A model generated the notes under the pieces. The model was given only the letters and a program-made list of their open reading frames with translations, had not been told where the DNA came from and searched no databases. From assembly GCA_964640155.1 (NCBI GenBank), contig CAZXEQ010000007.1, forward strand, positions 90,001-122,000: a stretch of DNA of 32,000 nt. The letters run 5' to 3'. The DNA is from an uncultured bacterium. GTDB taxonomy: Bacteria; Auribacterota; JACPWU01. The position numbers were made by a program, and so were the translations under genes. Below, one piece after another: positions 1 to 8,372 of the stretch; the stretch's first letter is position 1, and each line of letters opens with the position of its first letter.

Positions 1-64
1 CTTTTTTGCCTTCCTGTAAACTATCCCCTAAAAAATTGAAGTTTATAAATGTAGGAAAAATTTT

Positions 65-397
65 ATGAAACAAAGAATTCTGAGAGTTAATGAATTAATT
101 CGACAAGCAATAAGCGAGATTTTACAACGAGATCTGAGTACGCAGCGTTTTGGGATAGTCTCAGTTACAGAAGTGCGTGCATCTAATGACTTACATCATG
201 CTAAAATCTTTTTCAGTGTGTATGGCGCAAATCCTCAACGTGAAAAAGCCATTCATTGGCTTCAAATGAAGACGGGTGCTATACAAAGTGAGTTAGGGAG
301 TAAAGTTCGTTTGAGATATACGCCCAGTATTCAATTTATTTTGGATGAGACAGAAGATAAGTTGAATCACATAGCGGAACTTTTTAAGAAAATATAA
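65..397 (+). CDS. rbfA: ribosome-binding factor A
   Basis: 110-aa ORF. The sequence MKQRILRVNELIRQAISEIL... and the size fit the RbfA family. It heads the widely conserved rbfA-truB-ribF-rpsO-pnp neighbourhood. Confidence 0.9.
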   Translation: MKQRILRVNELIRQAISEILQRDLSTQRFGIVSVTEVRASNDLHHAKIFFSVYGANPQREKAIHWLQMKTGAIQSELGSKVRLRYTPSIQFILDETEDKLNHIAELFKKI

Positions 398-408
398 AAG
401 AGCGGTTT

Positions 409-436
409 GTGGATAGTGAATCGTGGATTGTGGAAA
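409..436. repeat. four tandem heptamers GTGGATA GTGAATC GTGGATT GTGGAAA in the rbfA-truB spacer
   Basis: Read directly from the sequence. Inverted copies (TATCCAA TATCCTA TCCACCA, 512-532) lie about 75 nt downstream, just before the truB SD. GTGGATAG (409-416) and CTATCCAC (523-530) are exact reverse complements. Confidence 0.6.
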
Positions 437-541
437 AGTTGTACATTTATGTTGGTTGTTAGAAATTGAAAAACGAAAATTTAATTAAAATATTTAATAC
501 ACAAATCACTATATCCAATATCCTATCCACCAGGGGTTAAA

Positions 542-1276
542 ATGGATGGCATTTTAGTTGTAGATAAGCCGGCGGGGATTACATCACATGATGTGGTTCT
601 TTTTGTAAGGCAAAAATTTGGTATTTCGAAAGTAGGTCATACAGGGATTCTGGATCCCATGGCTACTGGAGTGCTTATTCTTCTTCTGGGAAAGGAGACG
701 AAAAGAGCCAATGTTTTTATTGATCAGGAAAAGGAATATCAAGCTGTTTTGGGATTAGGAAGTGAAACAAGTACACAAGATCGCGAAGGAAAATTTCTTT
801 TAAAGAATGACATTAGTCATTTGAGACAAGATCGTGTTGTCGAAGTCTTAAATGCTTTTAAAGGAGAGATTTCTCAGATTCCTCCAATGGTTTCTTCCAG
901 ACGTTTTCAAGGTAAGCGCCTTTATGAACTGGCTCGAAAAGGGATTGAAGTTGAACGAGAACCCAAAAAAGTTTGGATTTATGATTTAAAAATTGAATGG
1001 GTGAGACTTCCTTTTATATCTTTTCGGCTAGCATGCTCCAAAGGAACTTATGTGCGTACCATTTGTCATGATGCGGGAAAGATATTAGGCGTTGGGGGTT
1101 ATCTCTATGCTCTTCAGAGAACCAGATCAGGACCTTTTTCTTTGCAGCATGCAGTGATGTGGCCTGAACTAGGAGAAATGAGTCGAGAGAATTTAAGAAC
1201 TCGACTTATGCGCTACGAGGATGTTCAAAAAGGAAATGTTTCTTTACCTCAATTTATTGCCTCATCGGTTGCTTGA
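542..1276 (+). CDS. truB: tRNA pseudouridine(55) synthase
   Basis: 244-aa ORF with GILVVDKPAGITSHDVV and the catalytic-Asp motif GHTGILDPMATGVL (TruB consensus GHxGTLDPxAxGxL). AGGGG lies a few nt upstream of the ATG. Confidence 0.93.
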   Translation: MDGILVVDKPAGITSHDVVLFVRQKFGISKVGHTGILDPMATGVLILLLGKETKRANVFIDQEKEYQAVLGLGSETSTQDREGKFLLKNDISHLRQDRVVEVLNAFKGEISQIPPMVSSRRFQGKRLYELARKGIEVEREPKKVWIYDLKIEWVRLPFISFRLACSKGTYVRTICHDAGKILGVGGYLYALQRTRSGPFSLQHAVMWPELGEMSRENLRTRLMRYEDVQKGNVSLPQFIASSVA

Positions 1277-1290
1277 GAGGTTATCAAAGA

Positions 1291-2223
1291 ATGCGGGTCG
1301 TTAAAAATATTAAAGAACTTAAAAATTTTTCTTCTCGCCCTTTTGTGACATTAGGAAATTTTGATGGAGTGCATCTTGGGCATCGAAAAATTTTTGATGA
1401 ATTAAAAAAACGTTCAACTCAAGCGAATGCACAGTCTGTTGTTGTTACCTTTAATCCTCATCCGCGACATGTTTTAAATCCATCTTTACCTCTACATTTA
1501 ATTAGCTCTTTAGAACATCGATTGAAGTTATTTGAAGAAGTGGGCATTGATGTTGTTTGCATGATTCATTTTGATATTGAATTTTCTAAATTAAGTGCAG
1601 ATTTTTTTATTCGTGAATTGCTTTTTAAACATTTGAATTTTGCTGAACTGATTGTAGGTCACCCTTATGCCTTTGGAAATCAAAGAAAGGGAAATGTGGA
1701 AATGCTTCGTTCTTTGGGAAATGAGCTTGGATTTAGAGTGGACACAATTTCACCTTTTAATATCAATGGAGAGATTGTTTCAAGTAGTTTGATTCGTCAG
1801 TCTATTCAAGAGGGGAAATTAAATAAGGTCTCTCAACTCTTAGGAAGAACTTATTCGATAGGAAGTCATGTGATAAGGGGGCAGGGTTTAGGAGCTAAAC
1901 TCGGTTTTGCAACAGCCAACTTAGATATTCATTCCTTGGTGCTTCCTCCACGAGGTGTTTATGCCGTAGAAGTTAAGTTGAATGGAGAAAAGCGATTGGG
2001 TCTTGCAAATTTGGGTGTTCGCCCTACTTTTGAAGATCAAAATCCTCAAATGAATATGGAAGTCCATATTTTAAATTTTCAGGGTGATTTATACGGACAA
2101 TGGCTAGAAGTATTTTTTCTTGATAAAATACGTGATGAAATACGTTTTAAAAGTCCTCAGGAGTTGTCCGGACAGATCAAAAGAGATATTTCTAATGTAA
2201 AAGAAAAGTATCTTAGTATATAG
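1291..2223 (+). CDS. ribF: bifunctional riboflavin kinase / FMN adenylyltransferase
   Basis: N-terminal nucleotidyltransferase motif GNFDGVHLGHRKIF and a C-terminal riboflavin-kinase segment (GQGLGAKLGFATANL ... VEVHILNFQGDLYG). The track ORF starts at TTG 1273, overlapping the truB stop. ATG 1291 has GAGAGG 10 nt upstream and is preferred, but 1273 remains possible. Confidence 0.9.
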   Translation: MRVVKNIKELKNFSSRPFVTLGNFDGVHLGHRKIFDELKKRSTQANAQSVVVTFNPHPRHVLNPSLPLHLISSLEHRLKLFEEVGIDVVCMIHFDIEFSKLSADFFIRELLFKHLNFAELIVGHPYAFGNQRKGNVEMLRSLGNELGFRVDTISPFNINGEIVSSSLIRQSIQEGKLNKVSQLLGRTYSIGSHVIRGQGLGAKLGFATANLDIHSLVLPPRGVYAVEVKLNGEKRLGLANLGVRPTFEDQNPQMNMEVHILNFQGDLYGQWLEVFFLDKIRDEIRFKSPQELSGQIKRDISNVKEKYLSI

Positions 2224-2309
2224 TAATTAGTAGATGGAACATCTTCTTAGGCACAAAAATAGGTAGATTTTAGGAGGATGAAACCCAGAAAATTATTTCA
2301 TTTACGGCC

Positions 2310-2339
2310 TTGCAATTGATAAGGAACATATGATATCAT
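2310..2339 (+). promoter_or_regulatory. candidate sigma70-type promoter for rpsO-pnp
   Basis: TTGCAA (2310-2315), an 18-nt spacer, then TATCAT (2334-2339) preceded by TG at 2331-2332 (extended -10, TGnTATCAT). It lies about 40 nt upstream of the rpsO ATG. This is a pattern match only. Confidence 0.4.
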
Positions 2340-2378
2340 CTTTACCTTATTAAGAATTTAGATTAAGGAGATAAGCAA

Positions 2379-2648
2379 ATGGCGCTGACAAAAGAGAAAA
2401 AAGAAAGCATTAAAACGAATTATAAAGTTCATGAAAAAGATACAGGGTCTACAGAAGTACAAGTGGCCCTTTTGACCGAGCAAATCAATGAGTTGACCAA
2501 GCATCTTCAGGCTCATGTGAAAGATCAGGGTTCCAGACGTGGATTGTTAAAAATGGTAGGTGATCGCAGGCGTCTCTTGGACTACTTAAATGGCGTCAGT
2601 GCCCAGAGATATCAAAAGTTGGTTGAACGATTAAAATTAAGAAAGTGA
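2379..2648 (+). CDS. rpsO: 30S ribosomal protein S15
   Basis: 89-aa ORF with a typical S15 sequence ([22 protein letters not shown]...[19 protein letters not shown]). Strong AAGGAG SD at 2365-2370, 8 nt before the ATG. Confidence 0.96.
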   Translation: MALTKEKKESIKTNYKVHEKDTGSTEVQVALLTEQINELTKHLQAHVKDQGSRRGLLKMVGDRRRLLDYLNGVSAQRYQKLVERLKLRK

Positions 2649-2652
2649 TCCT

Positions 2653-4761
2653 ATGATTCATAGAGTTGAAGCGCAAATTGGTTCTAAACAGATTATCATT
2701 GAAACAGGACGTATGGCTCGTCAAGCTCATGGAGCCGTTACGGTTCAAATGGGTGGAACGATTGTTTTTGTTGCAGCTTGTGTTAGTTCTGAAGTAAAAG
2801 AAGGAACAGACTTTTTCCCTTTGACCGTTGATTATCGGGAAAGAATGGCAGCTGCAGGAAGATTTCCTGGTGGCTATATTAAAAGAGAAGGTCGTCCTAC
2901 CGAAAAAGAAATTTTGACTTCCAGACTTACAGATCGTCCTATTAGACCTTTATTTCCTGAAGGTTTCTTCAATGAAGTTCAGATCATGGCGCAAGTCATC
3001 TCTGCGGATGAAGATAATGATCCAGATGTTTTGTCTATTATTGCTGCTTCAGCAGCCCTTCATATTTCGAATATTCCTTTCTTAGGTCCTGTTGGAGGAG
3101 TGCGCATGGGCTTGAAGGAAGGTCGTTGGGTTGTTAATCCTACCTATGCTGAGCTTCCTGAAAGTGATCTTGATTTAGTGATTGCTGGAACTGAAAAAGC
3201 TATTTTGATGGTTGAAGGTTCAGCTCGTGAACTCTCAGAAGCACAGATGTTAGAAGCCTTACGTTTAGGGCATGATGAGATTAAAAAAATTGTTAAAGCT
3301 CAAAATACATTGCGTGAGAAATGTGGCAAACCAAAGCAGACTTTTGATTTGTTTAAAATTGATGAGAAGTTTTCTGCTGCCATGAATACATTTTTAAGTG
3401 GGAAGATGGATAAGGCTTTGGTCATTTCTGGAAAAGCTGCCCGTGAAGAAGGATTGGGCAAGCTTTATGACGAAATGAAAGAAACTTTAAGCACTCAATT
3501 TCCAGAAATTCCAGAAATGATGTACAAAGAAGGTTTTGCTCAGATTGAACGTCACAAACTTCGTCGTATGATTGTCGATAAAGGAATTCGTAATGACGGA
3601 AGAGGAGTTAAAGATATTCGTCCGATCAGTTCCGAAGTAGGTATTTTACCTCGTACCCATGGATCCGCATTGTTTACACGTGGTGAAACACAATGTCTGG
3701 CGACAGCAACTTTAGGTACAGTAGATGATGCTCAAAAATACGAAGGTTTCGAGGGCGAAACTTCAAAATCTTTTATGTTGCATTATAATTTTCCTGCTTA
3801 TAGCGTAGGAGAAGTGAAGCCTTCACGTGGTCCAGGACGTAGAGAAATTGGACATGGTGCTTTGGCAGAACGTTCACTTCTGGCAGTTCTTCCAAAACAA
3901 GAAGATTTTCCTTATACGATTCGTATTATTTCTGACATCATGGAATCTAATGGTTCCAGTTCTATGGCTTCTGTTTGTGGCGGTGCATTATCCATGATGG
4001 ATGCGGGTGTTCCTATTAAAGCGCCTGTTGCAGGTATTGCTATGGGATTGATTAAAGAAGAAGATAAGACGGTTGTTTTAACAGATATTCTGGGCTCTGA
4101 AGATCATTTAGGCGATATGGATTTTAAAGTAGCCGGAACAAAAAATGGAATCACTGGTTTTCAGATGGACTTGAAAATTGAGGGGATTGATCAAAGTTTA
4201 TTTAAGACAGCCCTTGAAGATGCTCGAGTAGCTCGTTTGCATGTGCTGAGTGTCATGCAACAGGCTCTTGGAACCCATCGCAGTGATCTTTCTGAATTTG
4301 CTCCACGTATTGTCACGATTCATATCAATCCTGAAAAAATTGGTTTGGTGATAGGCCCTGGTGGCAAGACCATCAAGAAGATTATTGAGGAAACTCAAAC
4401 TGAAATTAATATTCAGGATGACGGCTCTGTTGCAATTGCTTCTAGCAGACAAGATCGTGTGAAGGCAGCAATTGAAAAAATTCAAGAGCTTACGGCTGAA
4501 GTTGAAGTGGGCAAAATTTACAAAGGGACCGTAAAAAACATTGTAGAATTCGGTGCTTTTGTTGAAGTGATGCCTGGTAAAGAAGGGCTTGTTCATATTT
4601 CTCAATTGGCTGATTATCGCGTCAAAAAGGTGGATGAGATCTTGAAGCTTGGAGACGAGGTCATGGTGAAGGTGACTGAGATTGATGATCGTGGCCGAGT
4701 TAACTTAAGTCGAAAAGCAGCTCTTGCGGAATTAGGTACAGAATCTCCAGCAGGAAAATAA
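2653..4761 (+). CDS. pnp: polyribonucleotide nucleotidyltransferase (PNPase)
   Basis: 702-aa ORF starting 4 nt after the rpsO stop. It has two RNase PH-like halves (FFPLTVDYRE; SRGPGRREIGHGALAERS), a KH region (IGLVIGPGGKTIKKI) and an S1 domain (GAFVEVMPGKEGLVHISQLA). Confidence 0.97.
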   Translation: MIHRVEAQIGSKQIIIETGRMARQAHGAVTVQMGGTIVFVAACVSSEVKEGTDFFPLTVDYRERMAAAGRFPGGYIKREGRPTEKEILTSRLTDRPIRPLFPEGFFNEVQIMAQVISADEDNDPDVLSIIAASAALHISNIPFLGPVGGVRMGLKEGRWVVNPTYAELPESDLDLVIAGTEKAILMVEGSARELSEAQMLEALRLGHDEIKKIVKAQNTLREKCGKPKQTFDLFKIDEKFSAAMNTFLSGKMDKALVISGKAAREEGLGKLYDEMKETLSTQFPEIPEMMYKEGFAQIERHKLRRMIVDKGIRNDGRGVKDIRPISSEVGILPRTHGSALFTRGETQCLATATLGTVDDAQKYEGFEGETSKSFMLHYNFPAYSVGEVKPSRGPGRREIGHGALAERSLLAVLPKQEDFPYTIRIISDIMESNGSSSMASVCGGALSMMDAGVPIKAPVAGIAMGLIKEEDKTVVLTDILGSEDHLGDMDFKVAGTKNGITGFQMDLKIEGIDQSLFKTALEDARVARLHVLSVMQQALGTHRSDLSEFAPRIVTIHINPEKIGLVIGPGGKTIKKIIEETQTEINIQDDGSVAIASSRQDRVKAAIEKIQELTAEVEVGKIYKGTVKNIVEFGAFVEVMPGKEGLVHISQLADYRVKKVDEILKLGDEVMVKVTEIDDRGRVNLSRKAALAELGTESPAGK

Positions 4762-4773
4762 AAAAATCGTTAT

Positions 4774-4790
4774 GCGTTTTGCGTAAACGC
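4774..4790 (+). terminator. short hairpin after the pnp stop, doubtful as an intrinsic terminator
   Basis: GCGTTT (4774-4779) pairs with AAACGC (4785-4790) around a 5-nt loop, 13 nt after the TAA. No U-tract follows. Confidence 0.25.
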
Positions 4791-4808
4791 TAAACCGTGT
4801 CAGAAGTT

Positions 4809-4892
4809 TGTCATCCCCGATAGAAACTACTCGGGGATCCATGTAAATAGTTTTAATAAATGGATTCCCAATTAATACTTTTGGGAATGACA
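4809..4892. repeat. head-to-head pair of related ~34-bp palindromic units (REP/BIME-like)
   Basis: Unit B is TGTCATCCCCGA-10 nt-TCGGGGATCCAT, with an 8-bp stem 4813-4820/4831-4838. Unit C is ATGGATTCCCAA-9 nt-TTGGGAATGACA, with an 8-bp stem 4864-4871/4881-4888. The reverse complement of C aligns with B at both arms (TGTCAT.CCC.A ... T.GGG.ATCCAT). Confidence 0.6.
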
Positions 4893-4915
4893 TAAGTTAT
4901 AGAATATTCGGACTA

Positions 4916-4936
4916 GACGCACGACGCATGACGCAC
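4916..4936 (+). repeat. three tandem heptamers GACGCAC GACGCAT GACGCAC, ending 11 nt before the ftsK ATG
   Basis: Read directly from the sequence. It shares the 10-mer ACGCATGACG (4924-4933) with the heptamer array at 9791-9825. Confidence 0.65.
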
Positions 4937-4947
4937 AACGGCTTTCA

Positions 4948-7284
4948 ATGCGAAAAAAAACTTCCAAACAACGTCCTTCAGTTCCTACCAATAAATGGGG
5001 GGAAGTTAGAGGCGTTCTCCTCATCGGAATCAGTATTTTTTTGTTTTTAGGCCTTATCTCTTATAGTCCTTCAGATATTTCTTTTTTAACTCCTCATCCT
5101 GAAGACCCTCCACATAATTATGTTGGGTTGGTAGGGGCATGGCTTTCCTTTTTAATGCTCATTCTTTTTGGTTTGGCTTCATTTCTTGTTCCTACCATTC
5201 TTTTTATTTTTGGAGTACGCGCATTTTGGAAACAAGAAGTACATCATTTCTGGCCTAAGGTGGGACTTGTACTGGCTTTGTTAACAAGCTCAGCATGTCT
5301 TTTTGAATTGCATAGAGGTGTGATGCTTTTACAAGGAGCACAACATTTTGGACTTGCTGAAATTGGTCCTGGAGGAATGTTAGGAAAATGGATTTTAAGA
5401 CAGGCCTTGGCCAGGTGGATGGGAGTTGAAGGTTCTTACATTTTGCTTTATTCTGGCTTTTTAGCAAGTTTACTTTATTTGTTAGAAGTTCGTTTGGTTA
5501 AGTTAGGTCAGTTTTTTGCCTATTATGGGACACATATTTTTAATACGGTTTTAAATTCGATTAGAGATTCCTTGAGTTTTATAAAAACAAGATTGATACG
5601 TGCAGGAGAGCAGGCAATTGAGGAAAGACAAAAATCTGGTTCATCTGCAAAAGTAAAACCCGCTTTATGGAGAGAGAAACCTGAAGAAGATGATGATGAA
5701 ATAGATGAGGATGAAGAAACAGAACCCACACGAAAATCTTCTGGCAAACCTATCCCGGTGACAGAAGTAAAACGTCCATTACCTACTGATAAAAAGCCAA
5801 AGGAAACACAAGTTCAACTAGAACTCATTACATCGGGTAATTATCAACTTCCGTCTTTGAAACTTCTGGATGATGCGGTAGGCCCAAAAATAGTTGCAAA
5901 TGAAGATTTGCAAAGAAATGCAGAAATTTTAAAAACGACTTTGGCTGAATTCGGAGTAGAAGTGGAAGTAGTGAATATCACCAAGGGGCCTGTGATTACG
6001 CGATACGAACTTCAACCGGCGCCGGGTCTCAAAGTTCAGAAAATTGTAGGGCTTTCTAATGATATTGCCTTAGCGATGAAAGCAGCCAGTGTGCGTATTG
6101 TAGCCCCTATTCCAGGTAAGGCAGCTGTGGGGGTAGAAATTCCCAACAACACAGGTGTGGTGGTTTATTTAAAAGAACTGCTTTCTTCCGATGAATTCAA
6201 AAGTTCTCGTCATAAAATACCTTTAGCTTTAGGTAAGGATGTCACAGGCGTTCCTATTGTGGCGGATTTGACAGAAATGCCACATCTTTTAATTGCAGGG
6301 GCCACAGGCTCAGGTAAAAGTATTTGCATGAGCTCTATCATTTTAAATATTCTTTTTTATGCAAGTCCAGATTATATTCGTTTTCTTTTGATCGATCCAA
6401 AAATGGTTGAACTTTCTCTTTTTAATAATCTTCCTCATTTAGCTTTTCCTGTGATTACAGACTCTAAAAAGGCAGCGGCAGGTTTGGCTTGGCTTGTGAC
6501 AGAAATGGAACGAAGATATAAAGTTTTGGCAGAGGTGGGTGTTCGCAATATTGAAAATTTTAATGAGAGAGTTGTTAAAGAAAAAGTGACCATTCATACA
6601 AGTGAAGAGCCTTTGAAACCTCTTCCTTATATTGTGGTTGTGATTGATGAATTGGCAGATTTAATGATGGTTGCAGCCTATGAAGTAGAAAACAGCATTG
6701 CCCGCCTTGCTCAATTGGCTAGAGCTATTGGGATTCATTTGATTTTAGCAACACAGCGTCCTTCGGTAGATGTAATTACGGGTGTGATTAAAGCCAATTT
6801 TCCTGCTAGAATTTCATTTCAGGTTTCTTCAAAAGTTGATTCAAGAACTGTTTTAGATGCGATTGGTGCAGAAAAACTTGTAGGCAAAGGGGATTTGCTT
6901 TTTATGCCTCCGGGTTCTTCTAAATTAGTTCGAGCACAAGGGGCTTATATCAAGGATACAGAAATTAAACGCGTCTTAGATTTTATTAAAGGACAAAATA
7001 TTGAATCTAATTTTAATATCAATGCCAAGGAAGTTTTAGAAAAGGCACAAAGTTTTAATGGGGATATCAGTGACGCAGATGATGAGACAGTGGTTGAGCA
7101 AGCCATACAAGTTATTAAAAATACAAATCAAGCCTCCGTTTCTGTGCTACAGAGAAAACTCAAAATCGGATACAGTCGTGCTGCACGGATTATGGATCTT
7201 CTAGAGGAGCGAGGAGTGGTCGGGCCTTATAAAGGAAGTAAAGCCAGAGATATTCTCATTGATATAGGAGCTCAAGAGGTCTAA
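4948..7284 (+). CDS. ftsK: DNA translocase FtsK
   Basis: 778-aa ORF. It has an N-terminal polytopic membrane domain, an acidic linker (EEDDDEIDEDEETE), Walker A GATGSGKS, Walker B VVVIDELADLM and a C-terminal gamma winged helix (SVSVLQRKLKIGYSRAARIMDLLEERGVVGP). Confidence 0.95.
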   Translation: MRKKTSKQRPSVPTNKWGEVRGVLLIGISIFLFLGLISYSPSDISFLTPHPEDPPHNYVGLVGAWLSFLMLILFGLASFLVPTILFIFGVRAFWKQEVHHFWPKVGLVLALLTSSACLFELHRGVMLLQGAQHFGLAEIGPGGMLGKWILRQALARWMGVEGSYILLYSGFLASLLYLLEVRLVKLGQFFAYYGTHIFNTVLNSIRDSLSFIKTRLIRAGEQAIEERQKSGSSAKVKPALWREKPEEDDDEIDEDEETEPTRKSSGKPIPVTEVKRPLPTDKKPKETQVQLELITSGNYQLPSLKLLDDAVGPKIVANEDLQRNAEILKTTLAEFGVEVEVVNITKGPVITRYELQPAPGLKVQKIVGLSNDIALAMKAASVRIVAPIPGKAAVGVEIPNNTGVVVYLKELLSSDEFKSSRHKIPLALGKDVTGVPIVADLTEMPHLLIAGATGSGKSICMSSIILNILFYASPDYIRFLLIDPKMVELSLFNNLPHLAFPVITDSKKAAAGLAWLVTEMERRYKVLAEVGVRNIENFNERVVKEKVTIHTSEEPLKPLPYIVVVIDELADLMMVAAYEVENSIARLAQLARAIGIHLILATQRPSVDVITGVIKANFPARISFQVSSKVDSRTVLDAIGAEKLVGKGDLLFMPPGSSKLVRAQGAYIKDTEIKRVLDFIKGQNIESNFNINAKEVLEKAQSFNGDISDADDETVVEQAIQVIKNTNQASVSVLQRKLKIGYSRAARIMDLLEERGVVGPYKGSKARDILIDIGAQEV

Positions 7285-8222
7285 TGGAAGCAGTCGGACA
7301 AAAACTAAAAAGTGCTAGAGAAGCAAAAGGACTTTCAATAGAAGAAGTTTCTAAAATGACCAAACTCTCTGAAAAGAGTTTGATTGCGCTTGAAAATGAT
7401 CGTTATGAAGAATTACCAGCATCTCCTTATATCAAGGGCTTTGTGAAACTTTATGCTCAATCGGTGGGTTTGGATCCTACGCAAGTGTTAGAGGCCTTTC
7501 GAAAAAATCAAGTTGGCGAGACGAAACAAGTTTTGGTCTTAGAAAAAGATAAAGGAGGGGAAGTTCCTCATCTTTGGGAAATTCTAGCGGCCTTGATTTT
7601 AAAGGGAATGAACTCTTTATATGCGTCTATCCGTCGCTTGGCACAGGTTTTATATGTTTTTATTTTGGGTTTGATTCGAAAAGTTCATCCTAAAGTCTGG
7701 CTTGCGATAGGAGGAGTCTTAGTCCTGATTATTCTGATTAAATGGATTTTTCCAGTCTCTTTACATAAATCTTCTCTGCCTCCGGCCATGGAAAAAAACT
7801 CTTCAAATCAACCTGCTGCATTGATTCAACCCACAGAGCCTGTTTCTTCAGAAGATACGTCTGTAGAGATCATTTCAATTCCAGAGTCTATTGATGAAAA
7901 ACCAGTAACAACTCCTGCGCCAGCAAAACCTGCGCAAAATTTATCAGCACAAACATCTGAATCATCGCTGGTACTTGTAGGACATGCTAAACAAGCCGTT
8001 TGGATTCGAGTGAAGCCTGACGGGGTTCGAGCGTTTGAAGGATCTTTGAAGAAGGGGGCTGTTCAGACTTGGAAAGCGAACCAATATTTTATTTTGAGAG
8101 TTGGAAATCCAGACTCGATCGAGTTTACTTTGGATGGTAAAGAATTAGGGCCTATGGGAATATCGGGCGGAAAAATCCGAGATGTGCGTCTGAGTAAGGA
8201 TGGATGGCATGTCAGAGATTAG
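7284..8222 (+). CDS. rodZ: RodZ-like cytoskeleton-associated membrane protein (HTH + TM + DUF4115-like domain)
   Basis: The ATG overlaps the ftsK stop (TAATG). It has an N-terminal XRE-type HTH (LKSAREAKGLSIEEVSKMTKLSEKSLIALEND), one TM helix (VWLAIGGVLVLIILIKWIF), a Pro/Ser-rich linker and a C-terminal beta domain (VWIRVKPDG...FILRVGNPDSIEFTLDGKELG). Confidence 0.8.
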   Translation: MEAVGQKLKSAREAKGLSIEEVSKMTKLSEKSLIALENDRYEELPASPYIKGFVKLYAQSVGLDPTQVLEAFRKNQVGETKQVLVLEKDKGGEVPHLWEILAALILKGMNSLYASIRRLAQVLYVFILGLIRKVHPKVWLAIGGVLVLIILIKWIFPVSLHKSSLPPAMEKNSSNQPAALIQPTEPVSSEDTSVEIISIPESIDEKPVTTPAPAKPAQNLSAQTSESSLVLVGHAKQAVWIRVKPDGVRAFEGSLKKGAVQTWKANQYFILRVGNPDSIEFTLDGKELGPMGISGGKIRDVRLSKDGWHVRD

Positions 8223-8347
8223 CAGTTCGATGAGAAAGCCTCATCTACTTCGTTCCACGCTTCACTCCTTTGTGCGACGTATAAGAAAACATACGTCTCC
8301 TCAGTCGCTTGCGTGCGCCTCGTATCTCAGGCTTTTTGATCAAACTG
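8223..8347. repeat. ~125-bp imperfect inverted repeat filling the rodZ-rimO spacer
   Basis: The outer arms are CAGTTCGATGAGAAAGCCTCATCTAC (8223-8248) and the reverse complement of 8322-8347 (CAGTTTGATCAAAAAGCCTGAGATAC), matching at 20 of 26 positions. The apex is a perfect 7-bp stem, GACGTAT/ATACGTC, around AAGAAAAC. Confidence 0.6.
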
Positions 8348-8372
8348 TAACAATTAAAATTGGTCAGTGAAT

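Noticed and set aside
4198-4605. 135-aa minus-strand ORF inside pnp, and similar antisense or alternate-frame ORFs in other genes (5255..5467 and 5523..5747 in ftsK, 8494..8685 and 9444..9698 in rimO, 10719..10986 and 11078..11607 in pgpA/desulfurase, 13356..13686 in GT2, 14435..14707 in the SDR gene)
   Set aside because: Each is fully embedded in a strongly supported conserved gene and has no recognisable motifs. Their sizes are typical of chance ORFs.
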